Positions 32,397 to 45,660 of a DNA stretch of 64,000 nt are shown here, piece by piece; the first letter of the stretch is position 1; the number at the start of each line of letters is the position of its first letter. The position numbers and the translations under genes were made by a program. The notes under the pieces were generated by a model, which was given only the letters and a program-made list of their open reading frames with translations, made no database searches and had not been told where the DNA came from. Origin of the DNA: an uncultured Nitrososphaeraceae archaeon (GTDB lineage: Archaea; Thermoproteota; Nitrososphaeria; Nitrososphaerales; Nitrososphaeraceae); assembly GCA_963825865.1 (NCBI GenBank), contig CAWGVG010000014.1, forward strand, positions 138,671 to 202,670, written 5' to 3'.

Positions 32397-32795
32397 TTAA
32401 AGTTGTTCTTCAAGCCTAGGATTTGCAACCATTAGTCTGTTTTTGCTTAGCGTAACCACAAGCACATTATTTGATATTAATCTCCTACGCAGATCTGTAT
32501 CAATAGTCGCGGCAGCGCACTCGTGGCTCACAGAATATTCAATTATGGCGTCGTCAACATCCCTTGTTTTTGTAACTTTGACGACTTTAAATTTAGAATT
32601 GGCGATTTCAATTGCAGTTTTTGCTATCATGGATCGCTTTGGTCCGGCCAACTCTTCCAATCTCTCTAGCTCATCCATTACAATATCCGGAATCAAGAAA
32701 TTCAGTTTACCTAAGTGGGCTTCAACTTTGTCCATCTGCTTTATCGGTGTAGAAACAAGAACCATTAAGAAGCTGGTATCACATATAACATTCAT
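32397..32795 (-). CDS. PIN-domain protein (Fcf1/Utp24-like)
   Basis: ICDTSFLM, DELE, VDDAI, ATIDTDLRRR; typical position after aIF2-gamma. Confidence 0.85.
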   Translation of the reverse strand: MNVICDTSFLMVLVSTPIKQMDKVEAHLGKLNFLIPDIVMDELERLEELAGPKRSMIAKTAIEIANSKFKVVKVTKTRDVDDAIIEYSVSHECAAATIDTDLRRRLISNNVLVVTLSKNRLMVANPRLEEQL

Positions 32796-32798
32796 CCT

Positions 32799-34062
32799 TT
32801 ATTTTGCTGCCCCTACTCCAATCAGTCGCCATCTATCCGCAATCCTTCTACTTATTGCCACTCTATTATTTGGCATCAGGCAAACTGGTTTCCTCAACTT
32901 TATTTCTATCTTGCCATCCCTTGAACTTGTAACTGTCCCAAGAATGGCAGAGGTACCAATATTCAACCTCAAAGGTTCCTTTACCTTTATAGGATCAACT
33001 TTAACCATGTCTTGTGTTCCAACTGCTGTATCAAAAAGGCGAACTTCTACTATAATTTCTTCAATATCATTTGGCAAGGTATTTGGTTTCCCAATAACCG
33101 ATCCAATCAAAGAATCACTCTTTATAAAAGTTGGATCTAATTTTGTACCGATAGCAACAAGTCCACCTGGCTTTACTTTGTCTACTAGACCAGCTCCAGT
33201 TCCAAGGGTAGATATAGTGGAAGTAATTGGTTCATATTTGCCCTTTTTTTCATCTAAAAATCCCGGACGAATTTCAATTTCGTCTTCTACATTAAATTCA
33301 CCTTGAACCAAAGCACCTCCTATCACCCCCCCTTTGACTTGTTTTATCGGAATACCGGGCTTGTTAATATCAAATGATCGTAAAACGTGCATTATTGCTG
33401 CCTGCATTCCTTGTTCTTGTTGGCGTCTTGATTGTATTTTCAATAGCTCCAATTAAGGCGTCTATGCCGAGCTTGTGCTGTGCCGATACAGGAATAATTG
33501 GAGCTTGGTCGGCTACACTTCCTTTTACAAAATCTTTGATCTCCCTATAATTGTGAAGAGCCTCTTCGTATTCGGTTAAGTCAATCTTATTCTGAACAAT
33601 TACTATTTGATGAATTCCAAGCACTTGCAGGGCGAGCAGGTGTTCTCTAGTTTGGGGTTGGGGAACTTTCTCGTTTGCCGCAATTACTAGAATAGCGCCA
33701 TCCATTAATGCTGCACCTGATAGCATATTTGCCATTAAACTTTCATGTCCAGGAGAATCAACAAAACTAACAACTCTAGATAGCTCGCTTTTTCCTGCAC
33801 AATTTGTGCATGTAGGTTGGGTTGAATAGCAAAGTGGAGGAGGACAATTTGGACATTTGTAAAAAGCTGCGTCAGCGTAGCCAACTTTGATTGTGATACC
33901 TCTTCTCAATTCTTCACTATGTGCGCTAGTCCATACACCAGTAATAGCTTCAATTAATGTAGTTTTACCATGATCTACATGACCAGACGTCCCAATGTTG
34001 ACGCTGGGTTGGTATCCAAATTCTTTGATGTACCAATTAGGTAATGTCTCCCTCCAGTGCAA
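32799..34062 (-). CDS. eif2g: Translation initiation factor aIF2 gamma (frameshift near 33415)
   Basis: [30 protein letters not shown]. Confidence 0.96.
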
Positions 34063-34167
34063 TGTTTATCGTAAATTTCTTGGGGGATATTAAGGTAATT
34101 ACCTTCGAGAATTTTTACTTCTCTTTTTAATAGAGGCTATTTATTATATTTTTCTGTTTTCTGTTTG

Positions 34168-34581
34168 CTACCCTTTATTCTTTGCTGGTTCTTTATTGTC
34201 AGACACTTCTGCCTTTACTGGCAAGATGCCCTCTACTAGCAGACAATTTAATTGATAAATTTCTTCAGTGATCATTTTTCCTCGGACTAGTTTCCTTATC
34301 CTATTTCCCTTTTCTTTATTCTTCATTCCTACTCCTCTAGAAAGCAAGACATATTTTTTTACTCCGCCATGCACATCTGGACGCATAGGGGTCCCTGATT
34401 TGTCACTCCCGCCTGTTATCTTCATCCTGCCGCCTGAAACTCCGATGACCGACGAATCAATAATGTCTCCAATCTTTGATCCAAGTAATGGTTGAGCCGT
34501 TCTATCCTTTAATTCCTGTGCGATGCTTTTACCGTTGGTATCAGAAATAACAAGCTTAAATTGAGGCAATGTAAAAAGCAA
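34168..34581 (-). CDS. rps6e: 30S ribosomal protein S6e
   Basis: FKLVISD, KITGGSDKSGTPMRPDV, RKLVRG. Confidence 0.95.
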   Translation of the reverse strand: MLFTLPQFKLVISDTNGKSIAQELKDRTAQPLLGSKIGDIIDSSVIGVSGGRMKITGGSDKSGTPMRPDVHGGVKKYVLLSRGVGMKNKEKGNRIRKLVRGKMITEEIYQLNCLLVEGILPVKAEVSDNKEPAKNKG

Positions 34582-35285
34582 GCATTCTAATGGCCTTAAT
34601 TAATCTTTGGACTTTTGAAAAGCGCTGTTAAGTCAAGTATGTTATCGTCTGTCACGTGAATTGGCAGATGGAGAATTTTTGATAATGTGTGCTCTATCTA
34701 CATTGTGTTTATGAATACTCCTAACCAATTGAATCTCTACTCGTTGTTGGATCAGATATTACTAAGAACAGATCAGCCAGCTATTTCAATTTATCTTTAT
34801 TCTCTTTCCACTTTATGACCTCTGTTATTTTTGACTTTTATGATTCATTCTGCCAATATTCCCATTGTATGTGTTTATCCACTAGCTTGTAAAATCTTTT
34901 ATTCCTAAGAAAGTCAGAGTATCATCCGTTGTGCACTATCATATCTATATATCTTATTCTTTAGTTACATATTTTCATAAAATAGTTAATATCACAGTAT
35001 TGTCAATAGTCTACCAATTTGGCTCATGGCATGATCTAATACCGCGCTAGTCGCGCTAGAAGTTTTTGTTAAAGGAAACGAGTTGAAAAATACATAAATT
35101 ATTCTCGCCCGACCAGATCTGTAGAGATCATCTATGCATGCTTAGGCGACCATAGGCAGATGAATAAACGATAATGTTTTTATGCATATTGTCTCATATT
35201 ATAAGTATTATAATCTATCTGAACTGTCAGTTACAAAAATATTTCAGGACCTTTGAAATTATTAATGATGTTTTCCGTTAAGTAA

Positions 35286-35437
35286 ATGGTGGAAACATTA
35301 GCAAAGAAAATTCAGCTAAAAATAAATTAGAATGTCCTCGTTGTGGATTCATAATGGCTCATATTCAGGCATGCCATCTTCGCTGCCCCAACTGTGGAGC
35401 TGAACTGACATGCTCAGATAAAGGTATGTTTTGGTAA
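35286..35437 (+). CDS. CPxCG-type zinc-finger micro-protein (probable frameshift in A-run)
   Basis: ECPRCGFIMAHIQACHLRCPNCGAELTCSDKG. Confidence 0.6.
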
Positions 35438-35582
35438 CAGGATATAAAAAACACATAATACATTAATAAAAAATTGTGACGAAAATCTTTTTCTTCTTAC
35501 CTTCATCTACTTTCACCTAATGCTGTTCTCGTAACAAGAGAGAGACTTATCTAAACATAGCACTGAAGAGAATAGCAAGGAA

Positions 35583-35786
35583 CTAAAGTGGTCGTCTATC
35601 CCAGTTCATTTGAAAATCATCGGCAATGTTTACCGCTTTTCCTTTCATTATATCAATATACTCATCATACGTTGTATTGAAGCCGCAATATTTGCACCTT
35701 ACTTCAGCCATATCATCGTCTACTTCCGCTTTTCTCCCACATTGCGCGCATTTTGCCTCAAGGACCATAAAAATAATGATGGGCAA
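35583..35786 (-). CDS. Small zinc-ribbon protein
   Basis: CAQC...CKYC, acidic C-terminus. Confidence 0.75.
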   Translation of the reverse strand: MPIIIFMVLEAKCAQCGRKAEVDDDMAEVRCKYCGFNTTYDEYIDIMKGKAVNIADDFQMNWDRRPL

Positions 35787-35967
35787 CTAAGATATTTAGA
35801 TTGCTTCCTAGTCGTCATCTCATTTCTTTTGTAAACTTAAATTGCCGAAAAAATGGATTCTTGTATACTAGTGTCTCGTTGACGATATGTCATTAATGTT
35901 AACGGAAGGCCAAAGCCATCCTTACAGAAATTATAATTTATGTGTGTGTGTCTCTATACACATTACT

Positions 35968-37051
35968 TTACTGAACAAACTGAAACCAGTTCTTGCGAGC
36001 CTTGTTTAATTTTCCTATTATAGGAATACGATAACCACAGTTTTTGCAACAATTGTTGTCATCAAGGTTCCACGAGCCTATGCTAAATCCATAACGTTGC
36101 ACGGCAATGTTCTTGCATTCTGGACAGTAGGTGTGTTCCAGCGGATGGCCAGGAACATTTCCAATATATGCGTATTTTAATCCTTCTTCTTTTGCAATAG
36201 CGTGGTGTTTTTCCAAAGTTTCAATTGGTGTGTCATCAAATTCCATCATCTTGTAATCAGGATGGAATCGCAAAAAGTGAATTGGGGTATCTGGTCCCAG
36301 TTCCTCACAAACAAATTTACATAATTTCCTTGCCGCTTCTGAGATCATCGCCGACTTGGGGGACAATAGAATCAGTAATTTCAGTATGAATCCTTGTCCT
36401 GTCTCTAATTTCCTTTAATGACTGAAAAATTGGATTAGCATTTGGAATTCCAATATATTGCCTTACAAATTCCTGCTTGCCACTTCCCTTAAAGTCCACT
36501 GTGATGCAATCCAAGAATTTGCTCATCATCGTGATCGATTCCGGAGTATCGTAGCCATTCGAAACAAAGATGTTGAAGATACCTTTTTTATGAGCTTCAA
36601 TTCCACAATCTTTTGCAAATTCAATAAAAATTGAAGGCTCGTTATATGTATATGCGATTCCCTGAGCACCGTAACTTGCTGCACTATCTACAACTTGCTC
36701 GGGTGTCATCTCTACACCTTCTACTTTACGTCGCTGTGATATATCGTAGTTCTGACAATATTTACAAAGCCAGTTACATCCTGTTGTAGCTATTGAGAAA
36801 ATAGATGCACCAGGTCTATAATGAGTCACCGGTTTTTTCTCAATCGGATCAATATGTCCTGCAATAACTCTACCATATACAAATAATTGTAGTTTGTTAT
36901 CTACTACTCCTCTAATGCCACAGAGTCCGATTTTACCTTCAGGTATCTCACACAGTCGAGCACATGCGGTACACTTTACTCTGCCGTTTGGGAGTTTGGT
37001 GTAAAGTTCTGCTTCTTTGCCTAAAACATCGTTTCTTTGCACAGCATTCAT
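35968..37051 (-). CDS. amrS: AmmeMemoRadiSam system radical SAM enzyme (frameshift near 36340)
   Basis: CxxCxxxC N-terminal cluster, [37 protein letters not shown]. Confidence 0.92.
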
Positions 37052-37256
37052 TATATCGCAGTCTATTCTTATAAACCCTCATGGAATGAAGAGATTGCTT
37101 ATAAATCATTATAGATTGCATCGACTAGATGCTAAGATTATAAGAATTATTATACATAATTTCGCAACAAAAAGTTATTCCTTCTTCTTTCACTTTCGAC
37201 TGTTAAGCGTATGGCCAATTTAATAAGTCTTAAAAGATATTTGATGCTAGTCGCTG

Positions 37257-37433
37257 CTATTGTAGATGGTACAACTTCTTATGCTCCGCTTCATTTTCTG
37301 ATTGTAAAACCATAATCAGTTCCATTTCATCGTCTATTGTAGCTATCATTGCTTCCCTCCCATAAAATGGAATTTCATTCCATAATGATTTTTGGCTACT
37401 TGCTTCTTTTTTCTCCACTTTCATTGTCTTCAT
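37257..37433 (-). CDS. Hypothetical 58-aa protein
   Basis: MKTMKVEKK...LWNEIPFYGREAMIATIDDEME; TATA-like element upstream. Confidence 0.4.
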   Translation of the reverse strand: MKTMKVEKKEASSQKSLWNEIPFYGREAMIATIDDEMELIMVLQSENEAEHKKLYHLQ

Positions 37434-37617
37434 TGGTAATCTTTATTCAGAGCATCAATTAATACTTTGAAGTTTATATAGTATTTGCTTATCGATGCCA
37501 TATGTAGAATTCAATCATATAATACCATGAATGTTATTGTATTTTGACGTACAACAGATGAAAATATCATAAGTTTAATTACTAACATTGTGCATAATGT
37601 GAATGTAGGTATTCTGT

Positions 37618-38781
37618 ATGCTAGCTAATATTGTCCACATTAGCTTGAATACTTGTGGAGGAAGTGAGCGTCTTGCAATTACCGTGATGCAGGCTCTATC
37701 AAAAATCGGTATCCAGTTTGACCTTACTACGTTTGAGAAACCCAATATGTTCAAACTAGATACTGCGTATGGTAAGGCTGTTGCTTCAGTTATTCAAGGA
37801 ATTAGAAAAGTAAACGTCTTACGATCTTTAGAGAAGGTGGATATAAAAAAGCACTATGACCTTACTATAAATACACATGGAGACATGCTTCCTTATTTCG
37901 CTTCTGATTTTTCAAAAAATAATTCTATCACGTATTGCCATTTTCCACTTGCAAAATATCTAATTAATTCTAAAGACCCGGAGTATACTAGATTTCTGAA
38001 CAATGCAATTTTGGCTACTATGGTTAATACAGATTGCAGTAGCCGAAAATATTTCCAATCGGCTCAAACTGCTTACATCCATATGTTAAGAAATTCTACT
38101 GTGCTTTCAAATTCGGAATTCAGTTGCAAGGCGATAAGAAAGGCGTTCGGAATAGACTCTATTTTGCTAAGTCCACCTGTGGATGTAGATTTCTTTCGCA
38201 ATACTGCATTATTGTCATCCCTTTCCAGTAAGAGGAAAGACGTAATTCTGGTGGTATCTAGATTCCACCCATCCAAGAAAATAGAAAATGCAATTAGACT
38301 TGCAAAACTATTAAAACAATATGAAATTGGAAGTGGTATGAAAATTGTGGGAAATCTACCTCCTAGCAGATATGGATATTATTCATATCTGAAACAAATG
38401 GTGCAGGATTATAATTTAACAGATTATGTGACGTTCGAAATCAACGTAAGTTTTAGTAAGTTAATTGCATTAATGCAAGAATCTAAAATATACTTTCATC
38501 CACTGCCAGGAGAACCTTTTGGAATATCTACAGTAGAGGCAATGAGCGCAGGATTAATTCCTGTTGTACCAAATATTGGAGGACATACGGAATTTGTACC
38601 CCCAAAATATCAATTCCGTACGTTTGGTGAGGGTGTTGAAGCCATTGTGTCTGCCTTGAATGCACCTAATTCTGAAAGAATCCTAATCAGCGATTCAGTA
38701 AGAAAATATTCAATACAAAGTTTTATTCAACGTTTCCAACACATTGTAAATTCACTGCCTACTACTAAAATTAAAATTTAA
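37618..38781 (+). CDS. GT4 glycosyltransferase (ALG11-like)
   Basis: GGSER, YCHFP, SRFHPSK, EPFGISTVEAMSAG. Confidence 0.9.
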   Translation: MLANIVHISLNTCGGSERLAITVMQALSKIGIQFDLTTFEKPNMFKLDTAYGKAVASVIQGIRKVNVLRSLEKVDIKKHYDLTINTHGDMLPYFASDFSKNNSITYCHFPLAKYLINSKDPEYTRFLNNAILATMVNTDCSSRKYFQSAQTAYIHMLRNSTVLSNSEFSCKAIRKAFGIDSILLSPPVDVDFFRNTALLSSLSSKRKDVILVVSRFHPSKKIENAIRLAKLLKQYEIGSGMKIVGNLPPSRYGYYSYLKQMVQDYNLTDYVTFEINVSFSKLIALMQESKIYFHPLPGEPFGISTVEAMSAGLIPVVPNIGGHTEFVPPKYQFRTFGEGVEAIVSALNAPNSERILISDSVRKYSIQSFIQRFQHIVNSLPTTKIKI

Positions 38782-39008
38782 ACAGAGCAGGTTTAACAGT
38801 ACTTTTACTTCAACTTTATCAATCATCAACTTTTAACCATCAAGTGCCATTGATAGTTGGAATACCATTAATCACTCTTCATCTATCCACATATTGGCTT
38901 TTGTTTATAATACCTTTAGCTTGAATAATGTAATCCTTTTTACTTATACGTTGATTTTCTCAAACCAGCATATAATTTGATAAATGATCAATAACAGTAA
39001 TAGTACTG

Positions 39009-39671
39009 ATGAAACTTAAAGAGTATGAAATCAATCCTGCCCTAATAGTAATAGATGTCCAAAACGGCTTTGTTAGCAAAGGTGGTTCATATGATCTGTT
39101 AGGCATAGAAACTTCGCATTATAGAGAGGCTGTCCCTAAAATTCGCGATCTGATCATCATTTGTAGAAATGCTGGAATTCCAGTTTTTTATACTCAGGCT
39201 GTGAGAGAATCTTCTGGCATCGATCTTTTAACAAAGACCCACAAAATTCTGCCTAAATCTAGGGAGGAGAGGATAATGAAGAGACCCATTTGCATAAGGG
39301 GAACATGGGATGGAGATATCGTCGATGATATTAAACCAGTTGAGGGAGAGCACGTAGTTATGAAGAGAAGAGATTCGGCTTTTCATGATACAGAAATAGA
39401 GGTTTGGTTAAAGAGCGTTAGAGTAGATACTTTGATCTTCTGCGGCATTGATACATCAATTTGTGTAGAGACTTCTTTACGAGAAGCATTTAACGTTGGA
39501 TATGACATAGTTCTCGTTTCTGATGCAACTGCATCAAGTAATAGAAAGCACTACGAATCAACGCTTGAAAATGTGAAGGACTACTATGGAATAGTAATAG
39601 AATTGAAAGAGTTGTACCAACATTTACTACCACAAGTTCAAGCCCAAACCAATACAACAAGTAATAACTAA
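39009..39671 (+). CDS. Isochorismatase-family cysteine hydrolase
   Basis: IDVQNGF, KRRDSAF, TSICVETS catalytic D/K/C. Confidence 0.9.
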   Translation: MKLKEYEINPALIVIDVQNGFVSKGGSYDLLGIETSHYREAVPKIRDLIIICRNAGIPVFYTQAVRESSGIDLLTKTHKILPKSREERIMKRPICIRGTWDGDIVDDIKPVEGEHVVMKRRDSAFHDTEIEVWLKSVRVDTLIFCGIDTSICVETSLREAFNVGYDIVLVSDATASSNRKHYESTLENVKDYYGIVIELKELYQHLLPQVQAQTNTTSNN

Positions 39672-39735
39672 AATGATACAGGTGTTCAAGAATTTGGAAG
39701 AGGAGTGTATATGATTTTCATAATATGATAGGTAA

Positions 39736-40872
<1,137 letters not shown>

Positions 40873-42864
40873 TTACCTTATACTAGTCCTTTTTTTTGGT
40901 TTATCGAATGTATCGAGTGTAATTTGATCCTTTGGAGTAATATTAGTCTTTTTCAAGTTTCTGCTTTTTTTGTTCGATTGCCTACTATTTCGCGCTCCTG
41001 TATGAAGAGTATAGTTGTCTCTATGCTCTTGTAGGTATTTATCTTCGACCTCTGTTGTTGACTTGTCTTTTACCTCTTCCTCAATTCTTTCTCCTGTGAT
41101 TTTATCTTCTTTTTTTGTAATTGGAGTATCGGTAATTTCACCTTTGATATGTTTTTCTGCGAGTTTAGTAAATGCTTCAGAAAGTTTATTCGAATCAACC
41201 TTAATTGATTCCGAAATTGCGTTAACTATTAATGGAATATAATGTTTATAAAGATGCAGTCGGCTTTCTGCATCTTTTATGCGTAATTCTTTGCGAATCT
41301 GAGCGCTTACTTTTCGATATAGATCAGCTAAACATGCTTTCATGTATCGCTTCAAGTCACCTTCTGATGCAATACTCTCTTTGCCTGCCGTCTTGTAGGG
41401 AATTTTAGTAGAGCAAATATGGAAGAATATATGAATAGGAAGTAATTCTACAGCTCGATCAGACTTTGAACCTGGATTTGCAAATTGTTCCTTTACTTCT
41501 TTTTTTGAAATTCCCATTTTGTTAATTTCTACTTCAGAAACAACTTCTCTTGCTACGTCTGAACCTTCGTCATACAACAATGGAATCTTGTTTGCAAATC
41601 TATGGAGTTTAAATGAGTTTATGTCTCCACCGTAGGCAATTCCACATTCCACAATGGTCGGCCTATTATTGACCACACATATTCTAGATGAATAACTTGT
41701 CATTGCAGGTTTCAATATCTTGATTGCTAATTGTGGTTGCGATTGTTCATTTATATTTGCGTGTTTGTTTGTAACAATAGTATATTCTGAGGTCATACCT
41801 GCTGTTAGAATTTCTTCTCCAATTGGACTAAGATGATCGGTGTTTGGGGTCTGGAATTTGGTCTGTTTGCAAATATTAACAACTTTAATTAATTCGTGTT
41901 CATCGTATTTATCAGCAGTCTTGATCCCTACTCCAGCTTTTGTAATAATTTCCTTAGCCTTTTCACCAGACAGTTTTTGGAATGAATTACATAATACACC
42001 TTGTAGGGTTGTCTTTTGATTCATGAAGTTGACTATTGCTTTTTTTAGTGTTTTTAAGTCCATATCAGCAGGATGCGGCAATACTTCCTTTGCAGGAGGG
42101 GGCATTATTTTTGTTCGTCTATCAAACACAACCTTGCCTTCATCGGTTTTAAAAGTCAACAGAGCATATGGATTGACAATACTAGTTTGGCTAATGTAAT
42201 CATAGATCTTATTCTTTGTGATTGGAGATAGGCGAGCACGTAAGACTGCTTCAATTTTAAAACCAGACATACATTTGATTTGACATTCATCGGTTTTCAG
42301 TGCTTTCTTTGCAAGGACGATTGGTTTGTTCGTACCGATATCTGTTCGAAGTTCAAAATAATATTCTGCTCCTTCCTCTTGTGATTTAGTCCAGGCTTTG
42401 AGCGGATGATCTGTATCTTTGGTAGAAAATGCTGCAATCATTTTCAACCCTACGCCAAAAAGGCCGCGTTGTTGTCTTTCCACATATTTACCAGAGGTCA
42501 GAAAAGAACAAACTGCTACAGGAACTTTATCAGCAGGGATACCAATACCATTATCTTCGCAAGATATAAACCACAGGTCATTCTCTGCATCTAATAAATT
42601 TAGACACAATGAAATATTTGGCAAGATATGATTATTTTCGCAAGAATCAAGAGAATTCTCAATTAACTCTCTCACCGCCATGTAGAGGATACGCTCGCCA
42701 GAAAATCCAGCAAGCGCAGAGTTATCGACAAAGAACTCTGACTCAGCTTTTTTATTATAACGAACCTTTCCTTTGCCATTATTTGGAACGGTTGTTACGG
42801 TAGTTACTGGTTTAATGTGTAGCAGGAGCAAGTTCAAGCATCTGCCTTTGGTTTCAAATGGCAA
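40873..42864 (-). CDS. top6B: DNA topoisomerase VI subunit B
   Basis: RELIENSLD, DNGIGI, RGLFGVG, RFANKIPLLY, STKIPYKTAGKE. Confidence 0.95.
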   Translation of the reverse strand: MPFETKGRCLNLLLLHIKPVTTVTTVPNNGKGKVRYNKKAESEFFVDNSALAGFSGERILYMAVRELIENSLDSCENNHILPNISLCLNLLDAENDLWFISCEDNGIGIPADKVPVAVCSFLTSGKYVERQQRGLFGVGLKMIAAFSTKDTDHPLKAWTKSQEEGAEYYFELRTDIGTNKPIVLAKKALKTDECQIKCMSGFKIEAVLRARLSPITKNKIYDYISQTSIVNPYALLTFKTDEGKVVFDRRTKIMPPPAKEVLPHPADMDLKTLKKAIVNFMNQKTTLQGVLCNSFQKLSGEKAKEIITKAGVGIKTADKYDEHELIKVVNICKQTKFQTPNTDHLSPIGEEILTAGMTSEYTIVTNKHANINEQSQPQLAIKILKPAMTSYSSRICVVNNRPTIVECGIAYGGDINSFKLHRFANKIPLLYDEGSDVAREVVSEVEINKMGISKKEVKEQFANPGSKSDRAVELLPIHIFFHICSTKIPYKTAGKESIASEGDLKRYMKACLADLYRKVSAQIRKELRIKDAESRLHLYKHYIPLIVNAISESIKVDSNKLSEAFTKLAEKHIKGEITDTPITKKEDKITGERIEEEVKDKSTTEVEDKYLQEHRDNYTLHTGARNSRQSNKKSRNLKKTNITPKDQITLDTFDKPKKRTSIR

Positions 42865-43769
42865 AACTAGTTCTATAACTCAATTTAACTTTTTACAATG
42901 TTCGATTTAACTTTTTACGACAAATTTGTTGACTTGGATACTATAAAAGAAGAAGAGTGATATCAAAACTGCGAGCCATATGGAGTAGTTGCATTTTTCA
43001 GTTCTTGTATTTTAAAACTTTTGATCTCGATTAGAAATCGTCTCTTAGTTCTTTTGTACCACAATAAAGTCAGATCCAGATCCGACAACATTTCCACCTA
43101 CTAAATGTTTTAGATCGACCATGCCATTACTTAGCCAGCTCATTAAAAAATATTATAGTCCATTAACATAACAAGAATTTAACAAACTATATAATATAAT
43201 ATATAAAAAATGCTGGAATAAAACCTACCTATTTTTGCAAAAATTCTTCCAGCATTCAGTCCAGTATCATATACGAATTTTTATCATGAGTTTTTATAGA
43301 TTTTTTCTAGTAAACAACACATTTGCAGTTCCCGAATATCCTCCAAACCAGACATGTTGTCATATACAATAATAGCAAATAACTTCAATAATATATTGGC
43401 TTCACTTATATAGGGTATAAGAAGCTAGGATATGGAGGAGTAAAGTCCAATTAATTGAAATATTAAATGGTGAATTTATGAATAAAAGGACAATAATTAT
43501 AGTCGCTGTTGCATTAGTAATAATAGCAATAGTTATTGGATTGTTATGATGATCTTCTGGCATATAGACTCATTGCTGCAGCACCTGATTGTTTTCGGAA
43601 GTATGACAAGATTTACTTTTTCCCAATTAATAGATTCAATAATCCTTATTTGTTGACAAAATTACTAACGATAAATAGAGATTGTAATTCTATAAAATAG
43701 ATAAAGTTGTTATTAGCATATTAATAATATTAAACCTATTAAAATGTGGCTTAACTAAGTTATGTTATA

Positions 43770-44823
43770 TTGGAACTGGTATTTCATAACTCTGTCCATC
43801 ATCTTCAATCGCTGATGGCTGACTGTCATGAGTGTCCAGCATCCTCTCTTAAAGTATTTGGGCAACCGTTAATTGTGAGAAATGTACAAGTAGTCAATAA
43901 TATCCTTGGTGTTGATAAAGTTATGATACCACAAGGCTTTTCTGATGTAGCAAAACTAATTCATGATAATTTTCCTTCTATTGATGTGGAGCAATTCTGT
44001 GACGATAGCAATTATAGTAATGATAATAAAAATAAACATGAGAATAATAATAGTTATAATATTAGTAACAATAATGAGTCATCTCCTGCAGCCACCACTA
44101 CTATTGTTGACACTTATCCGTTAGTTAGAAACAATGGTCAAATCATAAAAAGAGAAGGTTACAATTATAATAATAAAGGTAAAGCGAAGTTTGAAGTTGC
44201 TGTAAATACATTTATTCATTATTCGTTAGAAAGAGCATCTTTTCTAATAGATTCTGTTGTCTATCCCTGGGATTTTTTAAAAATTATCCAAAAAGTACTT
44301 TATGAGAATATAAGAGAAACAAGGATTTCCCCAAACGCATCAATTGCTAAATCAAGCATAATTGAAGGACCATGTATAATTGAAGATGGAGTTACAATTG
44401 ATGACTTTTGCAAGATAAAAGGACCTACATACATTGGCAAAGGCGAGCTTTATTGGCATGAGTTCGCTTATTAGAAATTGCATGCTAGGCGAGAAAACAA
44501 GAATCGGATTTAATTGCGAAATCGCTAGATCATATTTTGCAGGCTGTGATAAAATGGCGCATCAAAATGTAATACTTGATAGCATAATAGGACAACATGT
44601 CTGGTTTGGAGGATATTCGGGAACTGCAAATGTGTTGTTAAACCAGCAAAACATAAGGTATGAAGTATTTGGTAAACTCATAAATACCGGAATTAATCAC
44701 TTTGGTGCCATAGTTGGTAATAATTGCGCAATCGGTGCTTCCGTAATAATTCTGCCAGGAAGACAAGTTCCCAGTAATTCTATAATTCAGGCAGGAACAA
44801 TATTTGGTAAGAAATGTATGTAA
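43770..44823 (+). CDS. GlmU-like protein: degenerate nucleotidyltransferase plus hexapeptide beta-helix (frameshift near 44445)
   Basis: YPWDFL, IEGPCIIE, DSIIG, FGAIVG, ILPGR; N-terminus lacks GxGTR. Confidence 0.75.
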
Positions 44824-45187
44824 AGATATAACAATGCTATTCTTGCCGACAATCCGACATAGATATTACATTCACGAGCATCTCAATGAAATATTAATTA
44901 TAAGGAAATAGGCGTATATAGTAAAATTAATAGGCATTAAATATCGTCTATACGTGTGCTAAACAGCTAAAGACCATAGCCAAGCAGTTAAATGCAAATT
45001 TAATATTTAAAAAACAATTGCCAAAACATCTTGATGTCCATCCTATGAAAGGAATTACTGAGGATATAGAAAAATTCCAGATACCAAATTAGTAACGTAT
45101 CAATCTATATTCTGAGCTAAAACTAAAATGTTATGGGTAACATGTGGTTACAAACAATAGAAGCACCTTGTTCAAAATCCTCAATGC

Positions 45188-45660
45188 ATGTTTTTTATGG
45201 CAAATAGTTATATAATTTTTGTTAAAGAATCATGTAATGACAAGAGATTTCAAAACCTTACTTTAGGTGTTGGATTCCTGGCAGCAATGTTGGTCTTTAG
45301 CATGGCAACAGCCACTGGAGCTATTATTATTATTGCTCTACAGGCATTAGCTCAAAGAGATGGTGGTAGTAGTAGTTAATCTATCGGAGGCGGTGACTGC
45401 ATCTTGCGGGGGTAGTAACTAGTTACCAGCTCATCATAAGTGCTCAAACACATCTTGCTCAGGCTATGACAGCCTTACAAAACAAAAATACTACGGGGGC
45501 AATAATGCAGCTGAAATTACTTAATCAATCGTTAACAACATTATCGACAGGAGCAGGAGGTGTGGCAACATCAGGCGGCATCCCTGGTCCTGTTCCTGTT
45601 CCTGATCCATCAGGCGATAGCTCTGGTTCTGGTCCATCAGGTGGCCATGGTGTAGGTAGA
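45188..45660 (+). pseudogene. Secreted Gly/Ser/Pro-rich protein, broken
   Basis: Hydrophobic leader ending QALAQ; AQTHLAQAMTALQNKNTTGAIMQL; G/S/P-rich tail. Confidence 0.4.

Noticed and set aside
32443-33306. Long antisense ORFs (also 898-1311, 19443-19949, 29267-30247, 40100-40573)
   Set aside because: Shadows of well-supported genes on the opposite strand
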